A program made the translations under genes and the position numbers. A DNA stretch of 32,000 nt from Moraxella nasicaprae. GTDB lineage: Bacteria; Pseudomonadota; Gammaproteobacteria; Pseudomonadales; Moraxellaceae. The notes below the pieces were generated by a model. That model was not told where the DNA came from. It saw only the letters and a list, made by a program, of their open reading frames with translations, and searched no databases. The stretch is from contig NZ_CP089977.1 in NCBI RefSeq assembly GCF_025643275.1, positions 1,530,001-1,562,000 of the forward strand, written 5' to 3'. Positions 9,517-19,440 of the stretch are shown here, one piece after another (the first letter of the stretch is position 1; each line of letters starts with the position of its first letter).

Positions 9517-9744
9517 ATGCCCAAAACAAATGATGAAATGTATGAAAAAGCATACAAATGGCTGCTAAGATTTTTGTATGCGATTTTGATTATCGCCCCT
9601 GTCGTTGGTTTTGCTGAGTGGAAAATATACAATCAGGGCTTCCCCAATGTGGCAGCACCAATGTTGATTGCAATTTTATTGATTTTTTTAATCAAACAAG
9701 GAAAATCCATGAAAGAATTTAAAGAGAAGTATGAAGATAAATAA
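9517..9744 (+). CDS. Hypothetical small membrane protein (75 aa, two predicted TM helices)
   Basis: An ATG-started ORF with two hydrophobic stretches (LLRFLYAILIIAPVVGFA and VAAPMLIAILLIFLI) and a charged C-terminus, with a plausible promoter upstream. I recognise no family. Confidence 0.45.
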   Translation: MPKTNDEMYEKAYKWLLRFLYAILIIAPVVGFAEWKIYNQGFPNVAAPMLIAILLIFLIKQGKSMKEFKEKYEDK

Positions 9745-9999
9745 CGCTGGGCAAGATTTTTGAGAAAATATTATACTTTTTATGTAATTTATGGTATTTT
9801 GAAATTTTCAAGGCGGTATTTTTTAAAAAAATGTTGGCTATTGATTTGTGTATTTTGTAATTGCATCGGTTTTCGGCTATTATTATAGCCAAAGTATTGT
9901 CGCTGACAAAATACAATCAATGATAACAAACTCTCTAGGCACTTGATTTGATTAAGCACCAATGAGACGGTTTTATTTTACCAAAAGAGGAATTTAGTT

Positions 10000-12624
10000 A
10001 TGTTAGAACAATATAGAGCTCATGTCGAAGAGCGTGCTGCACTTGGCGTGCCTCCACAACCACTGACCGATACACAAACTGCCGATTTAATTGCATTGCT
10101 AAAAAACCCACCAGCAGGCGAGGAAGCTTATTTGGTAGATTTGCTAGAAAATCGTGTGCCAGCAGGCGTGGACCAAGCAGCTTATGTTAAGGCGGCATTC
10201 TTAAATGCAGTAGCAAAGGGCGAAGCAACCTCTCCTTTGGTATCAAAAGAGCGTGCGGTATATCTGCTTGGCACCATGCTTGGTGGCTATAATGTTGAAC
10301 CGCTTATCAGCTTGCTTGATGACGAGGAACTTGGCGGCTTGGCGGCAGATGCGTTGAAAAAAACCTTGCTTGTCTTTGATGCCTTTCATGATGTTGAAGA
10401 AAAAGCCAAAGCAGGCAACGAAAACGCCAAAGCGGTACTACAATCGTGGGCAGATGCTGAGTGGTTCACCAGCCGTCCTGATGTGCCAAGTGAGCTAAAA
10501 ATCACTGTCTTTAAAGTAACAGGCGAAACCAATACCGATGACCTATCACCTGCCCAAGATGCGTGGAGTCGTCCTGACATTCCATTGCACGCCAATGCCA
10601 TGCTTAAAAACACTCGTGATGGCATCAATCCAGAAAAACCAGGCGAAGTTGGCCCTTTGACCCAGATTAAAGAGCTGATTGCTAAGGGCAATCCTGTGGC
10701 CTATGTGGGCGATGTCGTGGGTACAGGTTCAAGCCGTAAATCAGCCACCAACTCAGTGCTATGGTTCTTTGGCGATGACATTCCGCACATTCCAAACAAG
10801 CGAGATGGCGGTGTGTGCTTGGGTGGCAAAATTGCACCGATTTTCTTTAACACCATGGAAGACGCTGGTGCATTGCCAGTAGAAATTGATGTTACTGACA
10901 TGAACATGGGCGATGAAGTTACCCTAAAAATCGACCATAGCACCGCAACCGTCACAGCATTCAAAAATGATGTGCAAATCGCTCAAAGCCAGCTAAAAAC
11001 CCCTGTATTGCTTGATGAAGTGCGTGCTGGTGGTCGTATCAACCTCATCATCGGTCGTAGCTTGACTGGCAAGGCTCGTGAAGCTCTTGGTTTGCCAGCT
11101 TCAACCCTGTTCCGCACCCCAGAGCAACCTGCTGATACAGGCAAGGGCTTTACTTTGGCTCAAAAAATGGTTGGTCGTGCTTGCGGTCTGCCAGAAGGTC
11201 AAGGCATTCGCCCTGGCACCTACTGCGAACCTAAGATGACAACAGTCGGCTCACAAGATACCACAGGTCCAATGACCCGTGATGAGCTAAAAGACTTGGC
11301 GTGCCTAGGCTTCTCATCTGACCTAGTCATGCAGTCTTTCTGCCATACTGCTGCTTATCCTAAGCCCATCGATGTGGTCACGCATCACACCCTACCTGAC
11401 TTTATCATGAATCGTGGTGGTGTCTCACTTCGCCCAGGTGATGGCGTGATTCACTCATGGCTAAACCGTATGCTATTGCCTGATACCGTTGGTACTGGTG
11501 GCGACTCGCACACTCGTTTCCCTATCGGTATTTCATTCCCAGCAGGTTCTGGTCTTGTAGCATTTGCGGCAGCAACAGGTGTCATGCCTCTTGATATGCC
11601 TGAGTCTGTGCTTGTTAAGTTTAAAGGTAAAATGCAGCCTGGCATCACTTTGCGTGATTTGGTACATGCTATTCCTTACTATGCCATCAAAGAGGGCGAT
11701 TTGACTGTTGAGAAGAAGGGCAAGAAAAACATTTTCTCAGGTCGTATCTTGGAGATTGACCTAACCGAGATGGAAAATGACTTGACTGTTGAGCAAGCCT
11801 TTGAATTGTCAGACGCATCAGCAGAGCGTTCAGCGGCTGGCTGTGCCATCACCGTATCAGAAGAAAAAGTGGCTGAATACCTGCGTTCAAACATCGTCAT
11901 GCTTAAATGGATGATTGCCGAAGGTTATGGCGATGCTCGTACACTATCACGCCGTGCTGAAAATATGCAAAAATGGCTGGATAACCCAAGCCTATTAAAA
12001 GCAGATGAAGATGCGGAATACGCCAAAGTGTATGAAATTGATTTGTCAGAAATCAAAGAGCCAATCCTATGCTGTCCAAATGACCCAGATGATGCTAAGT
12101 TATTGTCAGAAGTGGCTGGCGATAAGATTGACGAAGTGTTCATCGGTTCTTGTATGACTAACATCGGTCATTTCCGTGCCGCAGGTAAGCTACTTGCCGA
12201 AGTGCCAGCAGGCAGTCTATCTACCCGTCTATGGATTGCACCACCAACCAAGATGGACGAACGCCAGCTGATGGACGAAGGTTATTACAATACTTACGCC
12301 CAAGCGGGTGCTAGAACCGAAATGCCTGGCTGCTCACTATGTATGGGTAACCAAGCTCGTATCGCACCAAACTCAACAGCGGTTTCGACCTCAACCCGTA
12401 ACTTCCCGAACCGTCTGGGTCAAGGAGCGAATGTGTACTTGGCATCTGCTGAGCTTGCCTCTGTGGCTTCTGTACTTGGCAAACTGCCTACCGTAGAAGA
12501 GTACATGGCATACGCTGGCAAGTTGTCATCGATGGAAGCAGAAGTTTATAATTATTTAAACTTCGACCAAATGACTGACTACACCCAAAAAGCTGACAAA
12601 ATCAGCGTGGCTCAGTTAAGCTAA
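10000..12624 (+). CDS. acnB: Bifunctional aconitate hydratase 2 / 2-methylisocitrate dehydratase
   Basis: 874 aa. The AcnB-specific N-terminal HEAT-like domain ([22 protein letters not shown]) precedes the swivel and catalytic domains with the Fe-S ligand context ([16 protein letters not shown]). SD AAGAGGAA lies upstream. Confidence 0.96.
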   Translation: MLEQYRAHVEERAALGVPPQPLTDTQTADLIALLKNPPAGEEAYLVDLLENRVPAGVDQAAYVKAAFLNAVAKGEATSPLVSKERAVYLLGTMLGGYNVEPLISLLDDEELGGLAADALKKTLLVFDAFHDVEEKAKAGNENAKAVLQSWADAEWFTSRPDVPSELKITVFKVTGETNTDDLSPAQDAWSRPDIPLHANAMLKNTRDGINPEKPGEVGPLTQIKELIAKGNPVAYVGDVVGTGSSRKSATNSVLWFFGDDIPHIPNKRDGGVCLGGKIAPIFFNTMEDAGALPVEIDVTDMNMGDEVTLKIDHSTATVTAFKNDVQIAQSQLKTPVLLDEVRAGGRINLIIGRSLTGKAREALGLPASTLFRTPEQPADTGKGFTLAQKMVGRACGLPEGQGIRPGTYCEPKMTTVGSQDTTGPMTRDELKDLACLGFSSDLVMQSFCHTAAYPKPIDVVTHHTLPDFIMNRGGVSLRPGDGVIHSWLNRMLLPDTVGTGGDSHTRFPIGISFPAGSGLVAFAAATGVMPLDMPESVLVKFKGKMQPGITLRDLVHAIPYYAIKEGDLTVEKKGKKNIFSGRILEIDLTEMENDLTVEQAFELSDASAERSAAGCAITVSEEKVAEYLRSNIVMLKWMIAEGYGDARTLSRRAENMQKWLDNPSLLKADEDAEYAKVYEIDLSEIKEPILCCPNDPDDAKLLSEVAGDKIDEVFIGSCMTNIGHFRAAGKLLAEVPAGSLSTRLWIAPPTKMDERQLMDEGYYNTYAQAGARTEMPGCSLCMGNQARIAPNSTAVSTSTRNFPNRLGQGANVYLASAELASVASVLGKLPTVEEYMAYAGKLSSMEAEVYNYLNFDQMTDYTQKADKISVAQLS

Positions 12625-12636
12625 GCCATCAATAAA

Positions 12637-12673
12637 CAAAACCGCTCAATTACTAAATTGGGCGGTTTTTTTA
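12637..12673 (+). terminator. Rho-independent terminator after acnB
   Basis: AAACCGCTCAAT-TACTAA-ATTGGGCGGTTTTTTTATT. Confidence 0.8.
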
Positions 12674-12732
12674 TTGAATAAAACAAATGAATGGGATTTT
12701 ATACGCTTCATGTCGCTTGATGGGGCGATATT

Positions 12733-12741
12733 TGATATAAT
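12733..12741 (+). promoter_or_regulatory. Candidate extended -10 promoter (TGaTATAAT) for the ABC transporter genes
   Basis: TGATATAAT at 12733-12741, about 40 nt upstream of ATG 12780. Confidence 0.35.
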
Positions 12742-12779
12742 GAGCGTTTGTATTAATTTTTTGATGAGATGATAAGCCG

Positions 12780-13673
12780 ATGAATTTGATTGGATTGGCA
12801 GCGGCATTAGAAAGCGGTCTGATTTATGCTTTGATGGCACTTGGCGTGCTGATTTCTTTTCGCATTTTGGATTTTCCTGATTTGACGGCGGACGGTAGCT
12901 TTCCGCTTGGGGGTGCTGTAACAGCTGTCAGTATCGTGGCTGGCATCAATCCTTGGTTTGCTTGTATTTTTGGTATGATGGCAGGCATGATGGCAGGTGT
13001 CATCACTGCGTGGCTGCATATTAAGCTGGGTGTGCTACAACTACTGGCTGGCATTTTAACAATGACAGCATTGTGGTCGGTCAATCTACGAATCATGAAT
13101 TCGCCTAATATTTCATTATTGGGACAGCCAACCATTTTTCAGACCATGACAGATTTTGGTGTGTGGGGCAATGTGATTTTGCTTGCCATGATTGTGCTTG
13201 TTGTTAAGCTCATCTTGGACTGGTTTTTTGGTACGCAGATGGGTTTATCGATGCGTGCAACAGGTTCAAATGCCAAAATGGCTCAGGCACAAGGCATCAA
13301 TACTGGTAGAATGACCATTGTGGGCATGGCGATTTCTAATGGCTTGGTTGCGTTGGCGGGGTCGCTATTTGTGCAGACGCAAGCATTTTCTGATGTTTCC
13401 ATTGGTATTGGCACGATTGTGATTGGCTTGGTGGCGGTCATCATGGGTGAGGCAATCATCTCTGCCAAGCGAATCTTTTGGCTGACTTTGTCGGTGATTT
13501 TGGGCTCTGTGTTGTATCGCTTTTTTATTCAGCTGGCACTATCCAGCGATGTTTTACGAGACATTGGCTTTAAATCCCAAGACCTAAATTTGGTTACCGC
13601 TGTGCTGGTTGTTATTTTATTGGTGGTGTCAGCACAAAAAAATAAACTATTTGCCAAGCGAAAGGTGGTCTAA
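12780..13673 (+). CDS. ABC transporter permease (COG4120 / ABC.X4-type, BMP-like uptake family)
   Basis: 297 aa polytopic membrane protein. The N-terminus ALESGLIYALMALGVLISFRILDFPDLTADGSFPLGGAV is typical of this permease family. It is followed directly by the cognate ATPase. Confidence 0.8.
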   Translation: MNLIGLAAALESGLIYALMALGVLISFRILDFPDLTADGSFPLGGAVTAVSIVAGINPWFACIFGMMAGMMAGVITAWLHIKLGVLQLLAGILTMTALWSVNLRIMNSPNISLLGQPTIFQTMTDFGVWGNVILLAMIVLVVKLILDWFFGTQMGLSMRATGSNAKMAQAQGINTGRMTIVGMAISNGLVALAGSLFVQTQAFSDVSIGIGTIVIGLVAVIMGEAIISAKRIFWLTLSVILGSVLYRFFIQLALSSDVLRDIGFKSQDLNLVTAVLVVILLVVSAQKNKLFAKRKVV

Positions 13674-13674
13674 T

Positions 13675-14469
13675 ATGATGCAAGCAACCAATTTACGGCT
13701 GACTTTTAATGCTGGTACACCGATTGAAAATCCTGCTTTGCGTGGGCTAAATTTACATATTGAGCAAGGCGAATTTGTGACCGTCATTGGCACAAATGGT
13801 GCTGGCAAATCAACTTTGCTCAATGCCATCAGCGGTGCGGTCAGGGTGGATAGTGGCAGTATCAAAATTGATGGCATTGATGTGACCAAACAAAGCACAC
13901 ATCAGCGTGCATCAAGAGTGGCACGAGTTTTTCAAGACCCGATGGCGGGTACTTGTGAGGCTTTAACCATCGAAGAGAATATGGCGTTGGCATATCAGCG
14001 TGGCAGGTCTCGTGGACTGCTTGGGGCGTTAAATGCTGGCAATCGTGCCTTATTTCGTGAAAAACTGTCTGTGCTAAAACTGGGCTTAGAAAATCGATTG
14101 ACCGACCGCATTGGACTATTGTCTGGTGGGCAACGCCAAGCGGTCAGTTTGTTGATGGCTAGTTTGCAACCATCTAAGATTCTATTGCTTGATGAACATA
14201 CTGCTGCTCTTGACCCAAAAACAGCCGCTTTTGTGCTTGATTTGACCGACCAAATTGTCCAAGAAAACCATCTGACCACCATGATGGTAACGCATTCGAT
14301 GCAGCAGGCATTGACGCACGGCACTCGCACCGTGATGCTGCATCAAGGGCAGGTGGTGCTTGATGTGTCAGGCGATGACAGGCGAGGCATGAGCGTGCAG
14401 GATTTGCTGGCGATGTTTGAAAAAACTCGTGGCGAAACTGTGGCGGACGATGGACTGCTTCTTGGTTAA
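13675..14469 (+). CDS. ABC transporter ATP-binding protein (COG1101-type)
   Basis: Walker A GTNGAGKST, signature LSGGQRQ, Walker B LLLDEHTAALD, H-loop VTHSM. I chose ATG 13675, 1 nt after the permease stop and preceded by AAAGGTGG, rather than the ORF-track start at 13609. Confidence 0.88.
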   Translation: MMQATNLRLTFNAGTPIENPALRGLNLHIEQGEFVTVIGTNGAGKSTLLNAISGAVRVDSGSIKIDGIDVTKQSTHQRASRVARVFQDPMAGTCEALTIEENMALAYQRGRSRGLLGALNAGNRALFREKLSVLKLGLENRLTDRIGLLSGGQRQAVSLLMASLQPSKILLLDEHTAALDPKTAAFVLDLTDQIVQENHLTTMMVTHSMQQALTHGTRTVMLHQGQVVLDVSGDDRRGMSVQDLLAMFEKTRGETVADDGLLLG

Positions 14470-14538
14470 AAGATTTTTGGTCAAAATGAACAAAACTTAA
14501 ATTGACAAATGAGCATAAATTTGTACAATAGTCCAAAT

Positions 14539-14570
14539 AAGCGTGGAACCAAATTGCCACGCTTTTTTAT
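14539..14570 (+). terminator. Terminator-like hairpin between the ABC ATPase gene and purU
   Basis: AAGCGTGG-AACCAAATTG-CCACGCTTTTTTAT. It may end the ABC operon or act as a leader attenuator for purU (see findings). Confidence 0.6.
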
Positions 14571-14610
14571 TTCAACAATGTTAGCAATAAAATCAAATAG
14601 AGATGATATT

Positions 14611-15489
14611 ATGAGTAATTGTGAAGGCTGTGAAAGCCAAGTGGCAAGACTGCTGGTCACTTGCCAAGACCAATCTGGTATCGTGCAGGCGGTTTCTGGA
14701 TTTTTGTATGAACAAGGGGCGAACATCATCAGTCTAGACCAGCACACCACAGAAGCGTATGGTGGCAAATATTTCATGCGTGTGGAGTTTCATCTGAATC
14801 AGCTTAATGCCAAAAAACAGTCGTTGTCAGAGGGTTTTGAGCGTGTTGCCCAAGCATTTGCGATGGATTGGCGACTTAGCTATAATGATGAACCAAAAAA
14901 AGTGGGTATTTTGGTTTCCAAAGAAGACCATGCCTTGCTTGAACTGTTGTGGCGATACAGTCATGGAGCCTTGCCTTGTGTGATTACCAAAGTGATTTCA
15001 AACCATTTGGCACTCAAAGAAGCCACCGAACGCTTTGGCATCGAATTTGTCCATATTCCTGTGCCAAAAGATGAAGCAGGCAAAGAGGCTGCCTATGCTC
15101 AAATCAGCCAAGAGATGGTAGGCAATGATTTGCTGGTATTGGCTCGTTATATGCAGATTTTAAGCCCAACTTTTGTTGATGAATGGCAGGGCAAAGTGAT
15201 TAACATTCATCATTCATTCTTGCCTGCTTTTGTGGGGGCAAATCCTTATAAGCAAGCCTTTGAAAAAGGGGTGAAGCTCATCGGAGCGACCGCTCATTAT
15301 GTGACCAGCGAGCTTGATGAAGGTCCTATCATTGAGCAGGGTGTGGAGCGTGTCAGCCATGCGTATAGCGTGAGCGATTTAAGAGAGCTTGGACGAGACA
15401 TTGAGCGAGATGTACTGGCTCGTGCGGTCAAATGGCATTTAGAAGACCGCATCATCATTGATGGTGTCAAGACAGTGGTGTTTGATTGA
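14611..15489 (+). CDS. purU: Formyltetrahydrofolate deformylase
   Basis: N-terminal ACT domain (LLVTCQDQSGIVQAVSGFL) plus a formyltransferase domain with NIHHSFLP and HYVT..LDEGPII. I chose ATG 14611 (292 aa) rather than 14509. Confidence 0.92.
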   Translation: MSNCEGCESQVARLLVTCQDQSGIVQAVSGFLYEQGANIISLDQHTTEAYGGKYFMRVEFHLNQLNAKKQSLSEGFERVAQAFAMDWRLSYNDEPKKVGILVSKEDHALLELLWRYSHGALPCVITKVISNHLALKEATERFGIEFVHIPVPKDEAGKEAAYAQISQEMVGNDLLVLARYMQILSPTFVDEWQGKVINIHHSFLPAFVGANPYKQAFEKGVKLIGATAHYVTSELDEGPIIEQGVERVSHAYSVSDLRELGRDIERDVLARAVKWHLEDRIIIDGVKTVVFD

Positions 15490-15512
15490 CGCTCGCCCCA
15501 TCGTCCAAAAAC

Positions 15513-15546
15513 AAAAATCCGCATTGATGAAATGCGGATTTTTTTG
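15513..15546. terminator. Bidirectional terminator between convergent purU and the CMD-family gene
   Basis: AAAAATCCGCAT-TGATGAA-ATGCGGATTTTTTTG. Confidence 0.8.
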
Positions 15547-15562
15547 TGATTAGGCTGACTGC

Positions 15563-16111
15563 TTAGGGAGCATATTCTGCCAACTCTGGGTTGATTTCAG
15601 CTTGTGATACGCCAATGCTGTAATTGCACAATGCTGCCAATGCCACACCCATGATGACATCAATGACGCTTTGGTCGGTGTAGCCAGCCGTTTTGAATGC
15701 TACCAACTCTTCATCAGAGACTTTGCCTTTTTTGTCGATGATTTGCATTGTAAACTGAGCAAGAGCTTGGTATTTTTCGTTGCTATCAATATTGGTGCGG
15801 TTGCGTAGTGCTTGCAAAACATCGTTTGGCATTTTTAGGCGTAGTGTGCCGATTTTGGTGTGACCTGCTACACAGAAGTTGCAACCGTTATGAGCAGCGG
15901 CAGTGATTTGCACGACTTCAATTTCTTCGGCGGTCAATGAGTTTTTGCCGTTTAGCTTGCTTACTTCTTGATAAAATTCAAGCGCTTGTGGCGAGTTTGC
16001 CAATACGCCGATTAGATTTGGGATAAAGCCGTTGGCTTTTTGAACCGCTTCAATGCGAGCTGTTGCTTCGCTTGGTGCTGATTCGATGGTATGGACGGGT
16101 AAACGAGCCAT
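15563..16111 (-). CDS. Carboxymuconolactone decarboxylase (AhpD-like) family protein
   Basis: About 182 aa, with an AhpD-type CxxC/H motif (HNGCNFCVAGH) in a helical CMD fold context. I chose the start at MARLPVHTIE (16111) rather than 16150. Confidence 0.75.
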   Translation of the reverse strand: MARLPVHTIESAPSEATARIEAVQKANGFIPNLIGVLANSPQALEFYQEVSKLNGKNSLTAEEIEVVQITAAAHNGCNFCVAGHTKIGTLRLKMPNDVLQALRNRTNIDSNEKYQALAQFTMQIIDKKGKVSDEELVAFKTAGYTDQSVIDVIMGVALAALCNYSIGVSQAEINPELAEYAP

Positions 16112-16272
16112 GATGATTTCCTTAATAATAAACCTAGGCAAAGCTGCCATGATAAATGAGTAATTGCTATATGGGTATGATGTGAAAAATTACAAGGGAT
16201 TTTAAAAAATTTAAAATTTAATAATAAAATCAATAACTTATAAAAAATATCAATCCAGACAATCCTTCATTG

Positions 16273-16301
16273 ATTGAAAAATAATTCATCATCTATCATA
16301 T
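16273..16301 (+). promoter_or_regulatory. Candidate sigma32 (heat-shock) promoter of clpB
   Basis: ATTGAAA (16273-16279), 13 nt, CTATCATAT (16293-16301), compared with the consensus CTTGAAA-N13/14-CCCCATnT. The -10 is a weak, AT-rich version. It sits about 90 nt upstream of ATG 16390. Confidence 0.3.
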
Positions 16302-16389
16302 AAATGCCAAGAATGCAAATCAAACATTGATGATTTTATGAAATGATGATTTGCCATCAAACAAAAAATATCAACAATCAGGTAACGAC

Positions 16390-18963
16390 ATGAATTTTGA
16401 AAAATACACTCGAAAATTGCAAGGCTTGCTACAATCAGCTCAGCAAATCAGTCTTGCCAAACAGCATACCAGCATTGCTCCTGTGCATCTATTGACCGCA
16501 CTTCGTCAAGACGAAACTGCTGGTCAAATGCTGACATTGGCTGGGGCGAATCTAGCCAAGATTGATGAGCTTGCTCATGAGTTATTGGCACGCCAAGCGG
16601 TCATCAGCACGCCCACAGGACAAGTATCCATTAGTCCTGATGCCGCCAAAGTGCTACAACGCACCGAAGAATATGCCAGTAAAGCAGGCGATGACTATGT
16701 GGCGATGGAATGGCTGATACTGGCATTATTTGGCGATACAGACATCAAAAAAATCTTTGCCAATGCAGGTGTTAGCGAGCAAAGTCTAATCCAAACCATT
16801 ACAACGATTCGTGGAGACCAAACCGTGCAAAATCAAAATACCGAAGAAAACCGCCAAGCCTTAGATAAATACACCATCAACCTGACTGAGCGAGCGTTGG
16901 CAGGTAAACTTGACCCTGTTATTGGGCGAGATGATGAAATTCGCCGTACCATTCAGGTATTATCTCGTCGCACCAAAAACAATCCTGTACTGATTGGCGA
17001 GGCAGGCGTGGGCAAGACAGCGATTGTTGAAGGGCTTGCCAGCCGTATCGTCAATGGCGAAGTGCCAGAAAGCCTAAGAAACAAGACGGTATTGTCATTG
17101 GATATGGGGTCTTTGATTGCTGGGGCGAAATATCATGGCGAGTTTGAAGAACGCCTCAAATCTGTTCTCAATGAACTTGCCAAACAAGATGGCAATGTGA
17201 TTTTGTTCATTGATGAGCTGCACACCATGGTTGGTGCTGGCAAAACCAGCGGAGCGATGGATGCAGGCAATATGTTAAAGCCTGCCCTAGCTCGTGGCGA
17301 ACTTCGCTGTGTGGGAGCAACCACGCTGGACGAATACCGCCAATACATCGAAAAAGACCCAGCACTAGAACGCCGTTTTCAAAAAGTACAAGTCGATGAA
17401 CCCAGTGTCGAGGATACCATTGCCATCTTGCGAGGACTAAAAGAACGCTATGAGCTACATCATGGTGTCAAAATCCTAGACAGTGCCATCATCGCTGCTG
17501 CCAAGATGAGTCATCGATACATCACCGACCGACAGTTGCCTGACAAAGCCATTGATTTGATTGACGAAGCGGCATCTCGCATCAAGATGGAGCTGGACAG
17601 CAAGCCTGAGAGTTTGGATAAACTTGACCGCCGTATCATTCAGCTAAAAATGCAGCTTGAAACCATTAAAAAAGAAGAAGATGCAGGGTCAAAAGCTCAG
17701 GTTGAACATCTGCAAGCCCAAATTGATGAGCTAAGCCGAGAATACACCGAATTGGAGGAGATTTGGAAATCTGAAAAAGCATTGGTTGAAGGCACTAAGC
17801 ACGCCCAAATCGAGCTTGATAAAGCACGCATTGCCTTAGAAAAAGCCCAACGAGAGGGGGATTTTGCCGAAGCAGGTCGTCTGCAATATGGCGTGATTCC
17901 AGAGCTTGAAAAGAAAATTGCCGATGAGCAGCATGATGAGGCAGATACACCCAAGCTTTTGCGTAATAAAGTGACGGACAATGAGATTGCCGAAGTGGTG
18001 TCTGCCGCCACAGGCATTCCTGTTGCCAAGATGATGCAAGGCGAGCGTGAAAAATTACTGTCTATGGAGCGTATCTTGCACGAGCGAGTCATCAGCCAAA
18101 ATGAGGCGGTGACTGCGGTTGCCAATGCGGTGCGTCGCAGTCGTTCTGGCTTATCCGACCCAAACAAGCCAAGTGGCTCGTTCCTATTCTTAGGGCCTAC
18201 GGGTGTGGGCAAGACCGAATTAACCAAAGCATTGACGAGCTTTTTGTTCGATGATGAAGATGCGTTGGTGCGGATTGACATGAGTGAATTTATGGAAAAA
18301 CACAGCGTCAGCCGTCTGGTGGGTGCACCTCCTGGCTATGTTGGCTATGAGGAGGGTGGTGTTTTGACAGAAGCGGTGCGTCGCAAGCCTTATAGCGTTG
18401 TGCTGTTTGATGAGGTAGAAAAGGCACACCCTGATGTGTTTAATATCTTGCTACAAGTCTTGGACGATGGTCGATTGACCGATAGTCAGGGTCGTGTGGT
18501 AAACTTTAAAAATACCGTCATCATCATGACTTCCAACTTGGGCAGTCAAGCCATTCAGGAGATGGTTGATGAGCCGTATGATGCCATCAAGGCAGAAGTG
18601 ATGCAGGCGGTGTCATCGCATTTTAGACCAGAGTTCATCAATCGCATCGATGAATTGGTTGTATTTCACGCTTTGGGTCGTCAGCAGATGACGGGCATTG
18701 CAGGCATACAGCTTGACCGCTTGCGTGGCAGACTTGCTGATAGAGATTTGTCACTAAACATCAGCGATGAGGCGATGAATCAGTTGGTACAGATTGGCTA
18801 TGACCCTGTATTTGGTGCAAGACCGCTCAAACGAGCCATTCAGCAGGAACTGGAAAATCCACTGGCTCAAAAGCTGTTGGCAGGCGAGTTTGTGGCAGGC
18901 GACACCATTTTGGTGGAATATCAAAACGGTCAGTTTGTGTTTACCAAGCCACGCTATCAATAA
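16390..18963 (+). CDS. clpB: ATP-dependent chaperone/disaggregase ClpB
   Basis: 857 aa. Two AAA+ modules (GEAGVGKTA and GPTGVGKTE Walker A motifs) are separated by the long coiled-coil M-domain. I chose the start at MNFEKYT (16390) rather than 16351. Confidence 0.96.
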   Translation: MNFEKYTRKLQGLLQSAQQISLAKQHTSIAPVHLLTALRQDETAGQMLTLAGANLAKIDELAHELLARQAVISTPTGQVSISPDAAKVLQRTEEYASKAGDDYVAMEWLILALFGDTDIKKIFANAGVSEQSLIQTITTIRGDQTVQNQNTEENRQALDKYTINLTERALAGKLDPVIGRDDEIRRTIQVLSRRTKNNPVLIGEAGVGKTAIVEGLASRIVNGEVPESLRNKTVLSLDMGSLIAGAKYHGEFEERLKSVLNELAKQDGNVILFIDELHTMVGAGKTSGAMDAGNMLKPALARGELRCVGATTLDEYRQYIEKDPALERRFQKVQVDEPSVEDTIAILRGLKERYELHHGVKILDSAIIAAAKMSHRYITDRQLPDKAIDLIDEAASRIKMELDSKPESLDKLDRRIIQLKMQLETIKKEEDAGSKAQVEHLQAQIDELSREYTELEEIWKSEKALVEGTKHAQIELDKARIALEKAQREGDFAEAGRLQYGVIPELEKKIADEQHDEADTPKLLRNKVTDNEIAEVVSAATGIPVAKMMQGEREKLLSMERILHERVISQNEAVTAVANAVRRSRSGLSDPNKPSGSFLFLGPTGVGKTELTKALTSFLFDDEDALVRIDMSEFMEKHSVSRLVGAPPGYVGYEEGGVLTEAVRRKPYSVVLFDEVEKAHPDVFNILLQVLDDGRLTDSQGRVVNFKNTVIIMTSNLGSQAIQEMVDEPYDAIKAEVMQAVSSHFRPEFINRIDELVVFHALGRQQMTGIAGIQLDRLRGRLADRDLSLNISDEAMNQLVQIGYDPVFGARPLKRAIQQELENPLAQKLLAGEFVAGDTILVEYQNGQFVFTKPRYQ

Positions 18964-18982
18964 AATCTTTTTGCCAATGAAT

Positions 18983-19016
18983 AAAACGACCAGTTTTTTG
19001 CTGGTCGTTTTTGTTT
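18983..19016 (+). terminator. Rho-independent terminator after clpB
   Basis: AAAACGACCAG-TTTTTTG-CTGGTCGTTTTTGTTT. Confidence 0.85.
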
Positions 19017-19440
19017 GCAGGCATGGATATTTGATGGCATGAATTGCTCATCACTGTGGTCAAACGTTGTTGGCATTTGATGTTGTTCATGCAAGTTGTA
19101 TTTTGATGATTGTGCAAGCTCATCTTGCCTTGAAAAATAAAACCAATAAAAAATAATCACAGACTGTGGTTAATGCGGCTAAATTTTTTGTGGCAGTTGA
19201 TGACAGGCATTCATGTGTCATTGCTTTATTGATAAAAGCATTGTCGATTTGTCATGCGTGATAAAAGCATGGATAGAAACCCATCAATGCCATCTAAGAT
19301 ATGAAGAGCGTTTGCTTTGGATTGATGGTTTTCTTTTGGGTAAATCCGCCAAAACTTGACGGGCAAAGATTTATTTTTTTGAGAAATTTTGCTATGATTG
19401 CAACTTTGATGATTTATGAAGATAAAAAAGGCAATCTTTT

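Noticed and set aside
9719-9916. A 65-aa minus-strand ORF in the AT-rich acnB upstream region
   Set aside because: It lies in a very AT-rich spacer, has an implausible composition rich in K/I/N/F/Y, and has no RBS. The region is more likely the acnB promoter and leader.
14509-14610. N-terminal extensions in the ORF track: purU from 14509, clpB from 16351, dsbC to 23291, frmA from 29369, PhzF from 30539, ABC ATPase from 13609, nucleotidase from 2957, pilin from 2461, CMD protein to 16150, FkbM from 1538
   Set aside because: The extensions run through terminators, promoters or the upstream gene, and they add residues not found in the respective families. Internal ATGs with an RBS and family-typical N-termini were chosen instead.
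16327-16342. Recurrent TTGATGATT word in intergenic regions (16327, 19103, 19406, both arms of the 22337-22382 palindrome). A 15/16-nt match TTGATGATTT(T)ATGAA also occurs upstream of both clpB and cysS, which looked like a shared operator.
   Set aside because: The same 9-mer or its complement also occurs inside coding regions (5170 in tcdA, 19686 in cysS, 27075 in serS). It is therefore a compositionally favoured word in this genome, and the evidence for a regulon motif is too weak without genome-wide statistics.
17697-18281. A 194-aa antisense ORF inside clpB. Similar long alternative-frame or antisense ORFs occur in tkt (27684-28307, 27704-28132, 27192-27608), frmA (29549-30019), cysS (20469-20879, 19627-20001), acnB (10386-10964) and tatD (4448-4831).
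   Set aside because: Their translations are low-complexity (S/R/A/C/H-rich) and lack motifs, RBSs or independent promoters. Each overlaps a gene whose sense frame matches a conserved family end to end. This is typical stop-codon depletion opposite codon-biased genes.
18941-19160. Two minus-strand ORFs (60 and 67 aa) in the clpB-cysS spacer
   Set aside because: They overlap the clpB terminator, have no RBS, and their composition looks like translated AT-rich noncoding DNA.
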